The notes beneath the pieces are model-generated. The model did no database searches, was not told the origin of the DNA, and saw only the letters and a program-made list of their open reading frames with translations. The position numbers were made by a program, and so were the translations under genes. A stretch of DNA of 64,000 nucleotides, taken from positions 7,072 through 71,071 of the IMG/VR virus record IMGVR_UViG_3300045051_000081; one strand, written 5' to 3'. This stretch comes from a virus. Position 1 is the stretch's first letter, and the number at the start of each line of letters is the position of its first letter. Below, piece by piece: positions 18,401-26,434 of the stretch.

Positions 18401-19273
18401 GGGAGCACCACCTTGGCTGCCCTCACTGCCCGGACCACCCTGACTGCAGCCGCCGCTGTTGCCTTCGCCATAGCCGCCATAGCAGCCGCCGCCCTCACCG
18501 CCATAGCAGCCACCACCGCCGCTACAGCCGCCGCCACCTTCACCGCCGCAGCCGCTACCGCAGCCAGTGCCGCTGCCCTGACTGCCGCCAAACCCACCCA
18601 GACCGCCTACGCCAAAGCCTGCAGAACCACCGCAGCCGCCGCCGCAGCTACAGCCGCCACATGCGCCGCTGCCGCAGGAATCGCCGCTACAACCACAACC
18701 GCCACCAGCGCCGCAGCCGCCGCAAGCGCCCTCACCACCGCCAGCGCCCTCACCACCGCCACCATCACCGCCGCCACCGCCGCCTTCCAGATAGCGCCAG
18801 CCACCCCTACCTCGATGACGTACAGCCGAGGGGTCGAACAACTCATCGATATCGCCGTCTTGCGTTCGCCGCCGAAACCCCCGCTGACGCGGCGTGCGAA
18901 TGCCGTTCTCGCGATCTGGCCTGTAGAAGAAGTTGGGGCGCGGATTGCGCAGTTCTTCGATGGTCTGGAGATATTCGGGAGGCAATTCCGGCATCATCGG
19001 CAGCAACGAGGCCGCATCGTCTGGCCCCTGCCGGTCATCTGCCAATCCGGCAATGTTGTCAGGCTGATAGGGGTCTTTCTTCTGCGTCAGACCGCCTTCC
19101 GCATACTTGGATTGCTTGGTCTGGGAGAGGCCTATCGCAATGGCCTGTTTGCGGTTGGTGACCTTTGGACCTGTCTTGGAGCCAGAATGAAGCTGTCCGC
19201 GCTTGAACTCGCCCATGACCTCATGCATCCCAGCTTGCTTCTGGGCCTTGGTCCGCATGGGTCCGAGCGGCAT
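12491..19273 (-). CDS. Giant low-complexity Gly/Ala/Pro-rich virion-associated protein (2260 aa)
   Basis: Uninterrupted ORF. The N-terminus VMGEFKRGQLHSGSKTGPKVTNRKQAIAIGLS resembles DUF6496. It has a Gly-Cys tract, internal repeats and a C-terminal GRTDRIP...GSFVIPADVVSGLG domain. Confidence 0.7.
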   Translation of the reverse strand: MPLGPMRTKAQKQAGMHEVMGEFKRGQLHSGSKTGPKVTNRKQAIAIGLSQTKQSKYAEGGLTQKKDPYQPDNIAGLADDRQGPDDAASLLPMMPELPPEYLQTIEELRNPRPNFFYRPDRENGIRTPRQRGFRRRTQDGDIDELFDPSAVRHRGRGGWRYLEGGGGGGDGGGGEGAGGGEGACGGCGAGGGCGCSGDSCGSGACGGCSCGGGCGGSAGFGVGGLGGFGGSQGSGTGCGSGCGGEGGGGCSGGGGCYGGEGGGCYGGYGEGNSGGCSQGGPGSEGSQGGAPGTGGPGGGPGGGPGAGPGGGPGAVSGGPAAAGLGFGLGDPGGKGGPEGGKGGPGPDTGNFGNPSTAAYGAPGISAAALGLTASMSPGQISAGLEAAGMGKGQAAAYGAYASQGALTGGFFGPGDLGAATPGTGSFGIGDAGGGGTNALGLAAADLGATEAAYAAGYGPGFGGTLGGGGPGVAGGGKGGAPTGGPSAGGYAGNTSDVGGGYSSGVGGGLASASGDQSSDTDSTSGYSTSVSGGTDVTASDDQASDDGKGGPAAAATNTAAAGFGFGEKGGGEKGGGEKSSTDVASTDAPSTDAPSTDTDTTGGGKSGVSLASLATTGGKGDLGAPDQDDSDVDQTNPSAEYSPSFATPTVSIAAPPASPAFGAFGLGDRDALGTHDMTASWANGQFGNLAAPGTFGFGAPNGAFGTDLDSGGTGGWGGAPSVSGAVSQAAADALSAAGEKSSPSVSDDQAQADAQAEADKAAPAPGLSPAPAPADKDPGFDAPTTDRGVTTEPLGDLSKGAVTDLDVAYALELAGRGVDMDKANNQTTTQGPGDFGGLGSDPGSGAKGGGFESNQAQSIAADIAAAQTDQTQTDQTDQTDTPAPAAAPAPAPGLGLSVSDPHSGFHADPGGPFGNPAAYGITTDDRGNVVDPGQPAPDPGPDAKGGLGYTPGAQETTVAQAQALSLAALDPYVGTQHDAPYGPAIDPSVPVSPQEPFAPVAPPPPSPNPFDIGPPPSFTPSLNQANLGSVLGINAAQAQTPAPAPSFATLAAALSPAAFDMQSLGDQAKGGPNLAAPAASINTGAVPGLSVSDPHSGFYGDPGGPFGNPAAYGITTDDRGNVVDPGLAAPDPGPDAKGVVGGLAPSTNNQSSLVGGLIGTAQAASMTADEIAAAAQDQPSTSPTGLAASHALANTMAASQNPSLAAALADKAASLAPTSGMTPTTGVLGVSPTGGLAPGFDAYSTTPGGLGGPQGLTAAGPDAFADADAAAAQDNANAAHAAAAAQAQSNPALATALTAAAQAMNQTDLGATPAAETGQPGTEDAQTSADPTNEVAAEIAAAVQAENPTEVAAEKAAEVAPVAAPGLTAQQAIDAAHAADFAASKGAPATPADMESLSTAHDALPGAAFDTQAAQQAAQQAAQTIADAKAAAIAETLGTLTPADRTAAPTVAPAAPTPGLTNQDIAATVDQTIATNQAQTQAAIATQAQTLDALAPAPAAPTPGLTNPTGAHANQSAYEGMDAPAAAVAQGHANPATMAATPGLADVAPGHANMGAYEGMDPSTAVSQGHANQATMAAQAGLDPAEVGHANQDINESMDQTDQDQPAPAPAPTTAQTVQSIVTNATRGTVTSKEEGMARGAQAKSAMEKAGVPAAAARSALTSIATQIAAQLGYGPNYSVLGVPAYSMVQSEIAKGIDQAMQSYNPAPAPAPAPAPAAPAPGLAAQGHANTEAFEGMDPSGFTGFTGTPAADPNAQPSADIAGRSPATIADVVDAMVSQNQQAEQQAAQLATNFGPNYGPQAPGLAEPGNIAPANTSITSPTALDKTNQTFTQGPLSPAPGIKGTTQTPAPQTQTPQTQPQTQTPQTQTPSPSPATQSPSPGVPNPASPAATQAVISATQAAQANPDLASSVAATAPGLVAATAEAFRVPIPTAAMMVLQGMQSQEQRRIEETAGSSATSVGFSDLGGGKGSGGGNPSSPLNVDAMVSNVMSSPTAGLGAAPQDQSAFGGGGFKHGGLVPGLAAGGIAKPVMSPSSMNSMGQQSHFGARNVAQPKGAGLAAINMPARAPGAHLINSTVSGRTDRIPMRARTGSFVIPADVVSGLGEGNTMAGAKMWGNLLTHSVTGGATGGMRRGAAPALKGGIGRMGGVKGPGSRQLPAPKPIIAPPQKVPYQNLPTSVPKGYQDGGFMGHNGGPPIDDMDDDTTPIVTAGGEMIVDPEIVAAIGGGDSDAGSKILCKSVEAIRKQVQAFQKTLPGPSK
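14060..14745 (-). repeat. Six GHAN peptide repeats inside the 2260-aa protein
   Basis: AHANQSAYEGMD, GHANPATMAA, GHANMGAYEGMD, GHANQATMAA, GHANQDINESMD, GHANTEAFEGMD. Confidence 0.8.
15861..16594 (-). repeat. Two copies of a unit of about 50 codons (15861-16015 and 16440-16594)
   Basis: GLSVSDPHSGF(Y/H)(G/A)DPGGPFGNPAAYGITTDDRGNVVDPG..APDPGPDAKG occurs twice, with many synonymous DNA differences. Confidence 0.9.
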
Positions 19274-19277
19274 CTCG

Positions 19278-19592
19278 CTACCTTCTGAAGTTGGCCTTAT
19301 CCGTACCGGTCTCAGTCGCTGACATCGTGGCTGTCGTCTCTATGATCTCCAGCAACGCTACTAGCGCGCGCCGATTCTGGTAAGCGACGAAATCCCGGCT
19401 AACCAGATTGGCCCCCAGCCGCAGGGCATCGATACGCGCGATCTCCGCCTTGATCTCCGCAACAAGCTCCGGGTCCATGACCAGCGGCTCGCTCTCCGCC
19501 GAGGCGCGCTGTATCGGGGATGGTTGTGCCGGGGAGCGCATGACATCGCGCTGATAGGCTCTTGCCAGATATAGCTTCAGGTCTCGTCTCAT
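19278..19592 (-). CDS. Hypothetical protein
   Basis: ATG at 19592 is coupled to the upstream stop; lies in the late operon. Confidence 0.5.
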   Translation of the reverse strand: MRRDLKLYLARAYQRDVMRSPAQPSPIQRASAESEPLVMDPELVAEIKAEIARIDALRLGANLVSRDFVAYQNRRALVALLEIIETTATMSATETGTDKANFRR

Positions 19593-19801
19593 TTGACTGG
19601 CCCTAACATTCTCTCGGATATCGCCTGATGCAGCCTGTGGATTGCCTGCACCGTCAGCAACAGATGCTCGTGATACTGGAAGAGCCACTGCTCTTCAGGG
19701 TCTTGGTCTGATTCCGAAGCCGATGGCAACGCAGTCTGGTTCGACCGTGCAGACGGCTGCGGCCAGCGCGCGACGTTGGGCGGGGGGTCACCAAAGGCCA
19801 T
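19589..19801 (-). CDS. Hypothetical protein
   Basis: ATG at 19801 directly follows the upstream stop. Confidence 0.4.
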   Translation of the reverse strand: MAFGDPPPNVARWPQPSARSNQTALPSASESDQDPEEQWLFQYHEHLLLTVQAIHRLHQAISERMLGPVK

Positions 19802-19802
19802 C

Positions 19803-20063
19803 TCACGCTCCAATAACCTTCCAGTTTTTCCCGTTGTACCAAGCCAGAACCTTGTTGAATCCGCCGGAGGTGACGGTCTGCCCCCACCCGGTCTTGCCGC
19901 TATCACTGATGCAGCAGACCATGCCAGCAGTAGGCTCCGCAGGAAGCTCAGAAAACGGCACCGGCACCATGGTGTACCCGGTCGCGTGATCGATATGATC
20001 GGCCAGCGTGCCGAAGGCCTGCGCCATCAGAAGCTGCGTCTGGATGATCCGGTCGCCCCTCAT
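19803..20063 (-). CDS. Small virion/tail accessory protein
   Basis: MRGDRIIQ...FSELP...GMVCCISDS...VLAWYNGKNWKVIG; ATGA overlap with the upstream gene. Confidence 0.6.
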   Translation of the reverse strand: MRGDRIIQTQLLMAQAFGTLADHIDHATGYTMVPVPFSELPAEPTAGMVCCISDSGKTGWGQTVTSGGFNKVLAWYNGKNWKVIGA

Positions 20064-21574
20064 GGACGTTTCCCTGCCGGTTTGAACCGGAGCAACGTCG
20101 CCCCCACGCGCGCGGAGAACCCCTTGCGCGCCACCCAATCAAACCGTGCCGCGATGTGCCGTCCCCGCGCTCTCGGATTGAAGAACTGCGTGGTCTCGGT
20201 CATCGACCAAGGACCATAGGTCCGCACCTTTGACGCTGCATACCCCAACGTCTTGAGCGTGAGGTTCACCGCCCCGTTCTTCCCGAACCACTTGAAGTCA
20301 GGCTGACACTGATCAACCATCGGGATCATCGTGCCATCGCCAATCTCGGCATACCCCGTCTCGATGAACACGCCACGCATCGGCTGGTCATCATCGTCAA
20401 ACCCGGTCTCGTGCTGCTGCACCCGGTAGTTCAGGTCAGCGCCAAGCGGCGGCCCGAAGATGTTGACGTTGATCCACGCTGTGCGTCCCAGAACACCGCT
20501 GTCCCAAGCAGGCCCGTTGGTGTTCATCTTGACGTAGTGGTCGGGTTCATTCGACAGGATTATGCCATCAACCTCCTCCTCCCCCTCACGGTAGGGTTCC
20601 CTGAGGGAAGGATGATAGAACGTCACCTCGTCAGCGAATGAATTGGCAGCCGCATGACACTTGTTGATGTTCTCAACATCCAGATCGAAGAAGGCAAAGT
20701 CCCAGACCGGACAATCCAACGACTGCACGCCACTGTCGCCAAACTTCCAGAACCCATCCTGCCCACGCCAATAGGTCGTGCGCCCCAGCGTGACCACCGC
20801 GTGCGGCGCAACCAAGCCGCAGCCGGTACCCATGATCGTGAAGCCATAGATCAGGGGTGGGCCGATATAGCTCATCGACCACACATCCACGTCAGTGAAT
20901 ATCAGCGTCGTCTGCGGTGCTTGGATCGCACCCATGATGCGTGAGCCACGCGAGAGCCGGAACGTCCCCGCCTGATTGCCCACCGCTGCAATCCAGATCG
21001 TCTCATTGCCCGCATCAGAGAACCGGATCAGCAGCGGATCGAGCAACCCGGTATCATCAGTCGCCGTCATCGTCCCCCACAGGATGATCTGTGCCTGCGG
21101 CATGGCCACAAACATGCCGTGACTGTGTGGAGGGGCCTCTGTAATCGGCGCTACCGTAGGTGGCGGAAAGGGATCTGGCAGCGGTGGCGGCTTGTAGATC
21201 AACAACGGCCCGTGTGTGCAGAGCGCAAGACCATACTCGCCGAAGTTATCGAGGAACCATGCTGACTTGCGCGGGTCTGACAACGAAAACTCCGTCGTCA
21301 GCACATACCGCCCATCATCATCATTGACAGCAAGCTCAAGCCCTTTGTCGGTGCCAACCAGAAGACTCTTGCGATCCTCCAGATCGAGCCAAGCGTGCAT
21401 CCTGCGAATGTAGTGAGCGAACGGATCCTGAAATAACCGTAGCCAGCCCGCGAACTTCTCCACCAGACCCGAGCGCCAGCGGATGAGATTGCCGGTGTAC
21501 CAAGCCCCGCTGGCCTGCGTCTGCGTGGCCTGATTGTTGAAGCCGGGAGGCGCTTGGATCTTGACCAGAGGCAT
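20060..21574 (-). CDS. Tail tubular protein B / P22 gp10-like head-stabilisation protein
   Basis: 504 aa, beta-rich, with DPLLIRFSD...W...NQAG.FRLSRGSRI and GTGCGL motifs; lies between the adaptor and ejection genes. Confidence 0.7.
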   Translation of the reverse strand: MPLVKIQAPPGFNNQATQTQASGAWYTGNLIRWRSGLVEKFAGWLRLFQDPFAHYIRRMHAWLDLEDRKSLLVGTDKGLELAVNDDDGRYVLTTEFSLSDPRKSAWFLDNFGEYGLALCTHGPLLIYKPPPLPDPFPPPTVAPITEAPPHSHGMFVAMPQAQIILWGTMTATDDTGLLDPLLIRFSDAGNETIWIAAVGNQAGTFRLSRGSRIMGAIQAPQTTLIFTDVDVWSMSYIGPPLIYGFTIMGTGCGLVAPHAVVTLGRTTYWRGQDGFWKFGDSGVQSLDCPVWDFAFFDLDVENINKCHAAANSFADEVTFYHPSLREPYREGEEEVDGIILSNEPDHYVKMNTNGPAWDSGVLGRTAWINVNIFGPPLGADLNYRVQQHETGFDDDDQPMRGVFIETGYAEIGDGTMIPMVDQCQPDFKWFGKNGAVNLTLKTLGYAASKVRTYGPWSMTETTQFFNPRARGRHIAARFDWVARKGFSARVGATLLRFKPAGKRP

Positions 21575-22338
21575 CAGGCAGCCCTCGGTGTAGGAGGACC
21601 AGACGCGGGCACGTCACCTTTCATACGACCAGCCTCCAGCATCGCGCTGGCTCTCAGCGTCTCGTATGTCCCGTTCCATGTTATGGCCTTCTGCGGATCG
21701 TCTGCCTGCGCACCGAAGTCACGCTGATAGCCACTGGCAAACACCATGCAGGCAGCACAGAAGAGGTCAGCGTAGTTGACCGACAGAAACGTCTCGGTGT
21801 TGACCGCAGACAACAGCGCGGGGCGGATCACCCCGAAGTACTCGACGGCATAAGCCTTGTTTGGGACCGGTGCCAACCGGACAGAGTATGACAATGTCTG
21901 CGGAAATGTGGATGTGGACGTGCCAACAACAGCATACTTCTCTGGCACCCCAAGTGGTGACGGTTGCATGCTGTTCGTGTTGGGATCGTACCGACTGCCC
22001 GACCAGATCATATCCAGCGCCTCGGGGCTGAAACGCTCCAGCGTCTTTCGTGCCGTGAAATTCACCACCTCCCCAGCCTGCCAGCCCTTCCCAGTCGGGA
22101 CCAACACACTCATCTCCCGAAGAACCAGCACCGTGCTCGGGAGCGGAGTCTCACGATTCCCCACAGTTAATGTCCCAGTGGTCATCGCTGTCGTTGCCAG
22201 AAACTCAAGCTCGCGGTAAATCCTGTTATCGGCATAAGTGAACATCAGTGGGACGATGCGCTTGAAGTTCTCGTCCTCCTGATTGAGCGGAATCTCCAAA
22301 ATCGTCTGCAGAGCCTTGAGCACCTGATCGTAGTTCAT
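21574..22338 (-). CDS. Tail tubular protein A / head-tail adaptor
   Basis: MNYDQV...ADNRIYRELEFL...G.PEKYA...LAPVP.KAY.VEY pattern; gene order. Confidence 0.65.
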   Translation of the reverse strand: MNYDQVLKALQTILEIPLNQEDENFKRIVPLMFTYADNRIYRELEFLATTAMTTGTLTVGNRETPLPSTVLVLREMSVLVPTGKGWQAGEVVNFTARKTLERFSPEALDMIWSGSRYDPNTNSMQPSPLGVPEKYAVVGTSTSTFPQTLSYSVRLAPVPNKAYAVEYFGVIRPALLSAVNTETFLSVNYADLFCAACMVFASGYQRDFGAQADDPQKAITWNGTYETLRASAMLEAGRMKGDVPASGPPTPRAA

Positions 22339-22667
22339 TCGACCGGTTCTCCTTGTATGTGGGTCCAAAGAGAGAGCGTGTTGCCCAGACTGGTCTTCAC
22401 TACAGCCCGCACCGTGTACCTCACATCAGGTAGCAACCCAGCGATCCGCTGTATGGTCGCGGTCTGCGCGGTTGTCCCCTCCGGGGTCACCAGAGCCGGG
22501 GCATCGATCAGGTGGGAATCGGGGTCGGGATCATCCCCCTCGCGCACAGTTAAATCCCAGACCGTCTCGGTGAGGGTCTCGCCATCAACGAGGTCGTTCA
22601 CGAAGTCCAAGCCATACAGCAGGCTCTCGGCCTGCTCGGCTGGTGAGAAGTCCCTGCCCGTATAAAT
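22335..22667 (-). CDS. Small tail/adaptor protein, probably initiated at ATT
   Basis: AGGAGG-ctccg-ATT TAT ACG GGC AGG GAC TTC is in frame with the ORF-track product; the track starts later, at TTG 22610. Confidence 0.6.
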   Translation of the reverse strand: MYTGRDFSPAEQAESLLYGLDFVNDLVDGETLTETVWDLTVREGDDPDPDSHLIDAPALVTPEGTTAQTATIQRIAGLLPDVRYTVRAVVKTSLGNTLSLWTHIQGEPVE

Positions 22668-22676
22668 CGGAGCCTC

Positions 22677-24728
22677 CTACGGCACTAACTCTCTGATTCG
22701 CTGGACTTCGTTGACCAACTCTACCACCTCGGGGTTGAGGTTCTCCAGTTCAGACATGTCCTCGACCTCCCCCTCCAGCCACGTCACCCGCCCGCCCAGA
22801 CCAGACAGCCAGACCATACGCTGGATCTCATTTCTCAGGCCAAACTCACCCCGCAAGTCCTCCCAATTCGGGGCGTGATAGAAGAAGTTGGCAACGTCTT
22901 CCCCCTCCTGCGCCGCCAGAACCGCAAAGTACTCGTCCGTAAAGTGCGCGGTATCCGCACCCTCAACCACCTCCATCGCCCCACGCACCACCGGCACCGT
23001 GCCAAGGAAGACCGCGAGATCGCTCCCAGCCAAGGTCTTGTCGTTGGTGACACTGCTGTCAGCGGTGTAGACCGTGGAGTCGGCAGTCAGCGCCCGGTCC
23101 TCGCTGGCATCCAGCGCGCCGAATATCAGGTCTACAGCCACACCTGAGAACTTCGCGTCATCCCCGGCAAACAGATACAGATCAGCCGTCAGATTGGAGT
23201 TATCGACGGTGTAAGCCGTGGAGTCGGCAGTCGGCCATAACCCAGCCGGAAAGCGATCCTCATGAGCCTCCAGCACGCCAATGCGCGTGACGCCATCAAA
23301 GACCTCGCCGGGGAACGCAGCAACGTCACTTGCCTCGTCTGCGTGCAGCGAACCGAAGCAGGGAATGAAGACCCTGAACTCCGCAGTATCACCGCCGAAG
23401 GTATCGTTGTTCCGCGTGATGTTGTCGTCTGCGGTGTAAAGCTCGGAGTCGGCTCGTAACGGAGAAGCCTCAACCGCATCCAGAATACCGATACGTAGGT
23501 TGGCAACCGTGCCCGTCGCAGCAAATACGTCCTGTGTCGTCTCGGTCGCAGCTAGCGTGCCATGCCACGCCACCAAACCCGTAAAGGTCGCAGTGCCCTG
23601 AGAAGCCTCAGTTGCCGTTATCGTGCCAGAGAGAACTGGCCACGCGACCGTACCGGCGAACGATGCTGTGCTCGCACCCTCAGTCGCCGCCAGCGTCCCA
23701 GCCCAACCCGTCGTGCCGGTGAATGCCGCAACGTCAGCAACGCTCTCGGTCGCAGCCAATGTCCCGCTGCGTCCAACCAATCCCGTGAATGCAGATGTGT
23801 CAGCAGTAGCCTCGGTTACTGCCAGCGTGCCGGTACGAACAGGAAACGCAACATTGCCAGCAAATGACGAGGTATCCGTTACATCAGTTGCCGTCAGTGT
23901 GCCGCTAACACCAGTAGCAAGAACCTGTCCCGCGAACGTTGCCGCATCGCCCGGATTCACCGCATCAGCAGTGACAAGCTCACTGTCTGCGTAGTACGCC
24001 TCGGAGTCGGCAGTCGGTGCGGTCGTGCCCTCATAGACATTCAGCGTGCCGGTCCACGCCACCGAGCCACTGAAGCTCGCCGTCTCAGCGCCGCCTTCAG
24101 TCGCAGCTAACAGACCAGCAACGCTTGGTGCAAAATCAGACGTGGTGATTGCACCAGCCGACTCCACGTAGAACATGACATCGTTGCCAGCCGCGCCGAC
24201 CGCAACGGTATTCCACTCACACTCAACCCACAGATACTCATTGAGTAGCGTGATCGCCCCGCCGAGATTCCAAGCAACAACAGACGTGGCTGAAGCGGAG
24301 GTAGAAAGAACGGATGTTGTGCCACCTGCCTGCAGCGCGCTAGTAAGCTGGGTCGCATCGCTGCCGTCCGGGTTTGTTGATTTCCAAATACGAGCTTTGA
24401 TACTGCCGCTCTGCGTAGATGCAGACGTTGCACGAACACGAAAATTCAAATTCCAAACAGTGTTGGCGAAGATCCCGGTAAGCGGATTCTCTGTTCGCCA
24501 GCAGGCATTCGCTGCAAATGTTGGGATCGAATCCGAAACGGTGAATGTCGCCGCAGCACGCTTGGTGCCAGCAAGCATCGCTGAGGTTCGACCGGCTGCT
24601 GTTGTGCCAACAATCCAGCCTGTCGCAGTAATCGCACCAGTCGGCGCAGTGCCACCGTCTTGCAGCGACAACGAGGTCGATGCACCAGATGGTGCAGCAT
24701 TCTTGAAATAGAGGGTCTTCGTGGCCAC
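22677..24728 (-). CDS. Repetitive tail/fibre-associated structural protein (683 aa)
   Basis: Repeated G.LAATE...D.A.F.G.V units and four TADS-like motifs. Confidence 0.6.
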   Translation of the reverse strand: MATKTLYFKNAAPSGASTSLSLQDGGTAPTGAITATGWIVGTTAAGRTSAMLAGTKRAAATFTVSDSIPTFAANACWRTENPLTGIFANTVWNLNFRVRATSASTQSGSIKARIWKSTNPDGSDATQLTSALQAGGTTSVLSTSASATSVVAWNLGGAITLLNEYLWVECEWNTVAVGAAGNDVMFYVESAGAITTSDFAPSVAGLLAATEGGAETASFSGSVAWTGTLNVYEGTTAPTADSEAYYADSELVTADAVNPGDAATFAGQVLATGVSGTLTATDVTDTSSFAGNVAFPVRTGTLAVTEATADTSAFTGLVGRSGTLAATESVADVAAFTGTTGWAGTLAATEGASTASFAGTVAWPVLSGTITATEASQGTATFTGLVAWHGTLAATETTQDVFAATGTVANLRIGILDAVEASPLRADSELYTADDNITRNNDTFGGDTAEFRVFIPCFGSLHADEASDVAAFPGEVFDGVTRIGVLEAHEDRFPAGLWPTADSTAYTVDNSNLTADLYLFAGDDAKFSGVAVDLIFGALDASEDRALTADSTVYTADSSVTNDKTLAGSDLAVFLGTVPVVRGAMEVVEGADTAHFTDEYFAVLAAQEGEDVANFFYHAPNWEDLRGEFGLRNEIQRMVWLSGLGGRVTWLEGEVEDMSELENLNPEVVELVNEVQRIRELVP

Positions 24729-24760
24729 CCAGTCACCTCATGGGATGGACGGCCTATCCC

Positions 24761-25555
24761 CTATGGAGCCGCGATGTATTCCGTGATCAGCACGAAGCCG
24801 TCACCACCCTTGCCGCCGTTTCTTACTGTTGTGGTTTCATCGCTATACGCACCGCTACCGCCACCACCCGTCGATCCGGCTCCGCCGATAGCCGAAGAAC
24901 CAGCAACTGTACTAGGGCCGCGACCGCCGCCACCAAAGAAACTACCGGCACCACTATTGCCACAGTAGGCATAATTCCCCGATGCGGTGATTGTTGTTAT
25001 ACCGCCTACCCCAGCATTACCGGGGATCACGACATCACCGACCGCTCCCGTAACCGAGCCACCAGTACCTCCGGGCTGAGGAAGTAAAGTCGATCCTGCG
25101 CCACCCCCACCTCCATTGGCAGCACAAATAGCCGTCGCAAATGATGCTCCGATATACGTTTGCCCGCCCGTAACTCCAGTACCGCCAGCATTACTACCAT
25201 TGCCACCAGCACCTACCGTGACATTTATGCTGGCCCCAATCATCGCAGGGGTGAGAACTCTCCGGGAATATCCACCAGAACCGCCACTGGCAGGAGCAAA
25301 CACACCGCCCGTTGAATCGCCGCTGCCACCGCCACCGCCACCGGCACCCACAAGCTCGGATATAGCCAGAACCAGATTAGCAGAAGGCACATAGTTGGAG
25401 TTGCCAGCCGTATCGAACTTCACAATGTTGATGTTACTTATTCGAAGTGCGTAAAGCTCGGTGAAATTCGCATTGGCCTTGGTGAACGAAGTCTTGAGTG
25501 TATCACCCGTGCCATCGTTGGGAGCCGTACCGGTGTTGATGGTTTGCTTCGCCAT
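24761..25555 (-). CDS. Glycine-rich fibre protein with NDGTGD N-terminal attachment motif
   Basis: MAKQTINTGTAPNDGTGDTLKTSFTKANANFTELY, then a VGAGGGGGG...GG.GGDG.V.ITEY Gly-rich domain. Confidence 0.7.
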   Translation of the reverse strand: MAKQTINTGTAPNDGTGDTLKTSFTKANANFTELYALRISNINIVKFDTAGNSNYVPSANLVLAISELVGAGGGGGGSGDSTGGVFAPASGGSGGYSRRVLTPAMIGASINVTVGAGGNGSNAGGTGVTGGQTYIGASFATAICAANGGGGGAGSTLLPQPGGTGGSVTGAVGDVVIPGNAGVGGITTITASGNYAYCGNSGAGSFFGGGGRGPSTVAGSSAIGGAGSTGGGGSGAYSDETTTVRNGGKGGDGFVLITEYIAAP

Positions 25556-25561
25556 TTCAGA

Positions 25562-25735
25562 TCACCGGAACGTATCTGGCGGTTCTGTCAGCGTGATCGT
25601 GCCTGTGATCGGCGGCGGCACCTCACGGCCATGCTTGCGGTGTAGCTCCGCCACCGCGCGCGAGATGTCCTCGAACTTTGCGCCGGTACTGGCATTGAGT
25701 AGCGCCGTCAGTTCTTCTTCGAAGCTAAGTGGCAT
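25562..25735 (-). CDS. 57-aa hypothetical protein
   Basis: Hand translation MPLSFEEELTALLNAST...; fills the gap between two late genes. Confidence 0.4.
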   Translation of the reverse strand: MPLSFEEELTALLNASTGAKFEDISRAVAELHRKHGREVPPPITGTITLTEPPDTFR

Positions 25736-26105
25736 GTGTGATCGTCCCAGCCGTGAGCGTTACCGTCTGGCCTGACGAGATGGTCGTGGAGTTGAGATTG
25801 ACATCGTTGCCAGCAGTGCCGACCGTGAGATTATTCACCTTGGTCGTGTTGCCGCCATCCTTGATACGCGCCACCGCCGCCGTACCAGATGCACCAGCCA
25901 CCCCTGATTTGGGCGCACCCGCCATGGTGATGACACCACCAGACTCGGTGAAGCTCGGGTCAGCCAGCGTGATCGTCACCAGCACCGACGCATAAGCTGC
26001 AGTCGCGATCTCCAGAAACGCGGGCGAGGCATTGGCATCGATCTGCAAGATCGTCGCCGCCATGCGGGCGCTCTTGGTTGCAGTGTCATAGTTGACGGCC
26101 ATCAC
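25725..26105 (-). CDS. Small beta-rich virion structural protein
   Basis: ASGTAAVARI...L.VGT.G.DVNLNSTTI.SGQTVT pattern, common in phage tail modules. Confidence 0.6.
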   Translation of the reverse strand: MMAVNYDTATKSARMAATILQIDANASPAFLEIATAAYASVLVTITLADPSFTESGGVITMAGAPKSGVAGASGTAAVARIKDGGNTTKVNNLTVGTAGNDVNLNSTTISSGQTVTLTAGTITHAT

Positions 26106-26431
26106 TTCACCTTTTTGACCTGTGGCCTTCTGACCTGTCCAAGTTTCTTGGACTTCAGAAAGGCATCCATGGTTACCGGTGGTGAACCTTCCAGCGCCAG
26201 AATGCGGCTCTCGTGATCGTAGAGAACCTCCTCTCCCGGCACGGGCACTGGCGCAGGCTCAAATTCCATCGGGATGGTCGCAATGACATTGTTACCCGCA
26301 TCGATCTGCTCTTGGGTCGCCCCCTCTTTGGGATTGAACGCCCATGTTGCTCGATCATCCGGCTTGCCCATCGTCACATTGGTGACGGGGCAGACCTTGG
26401 CGATCTCCTTATGAAGTGTTCCTGCATCCAT
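26102..26431 (-). CDS. Hypothetical protein (possible fibre chaperone)
   Basis: Follows the fibre gene and is translationally coupled. Confidence 0.5.
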   Translation of the reverse strand: MDAGTLHKEIAKVCPVTNVTMGKPDDRATWAFNPKEGATQEQIDAGNNVIATIPMEFEPAPVPVPGEEVLYDHESRILALEGSPPVTMDAFLKSKKLGQVRRPQVKKVK

Positions 26432-26434
26432 GGC

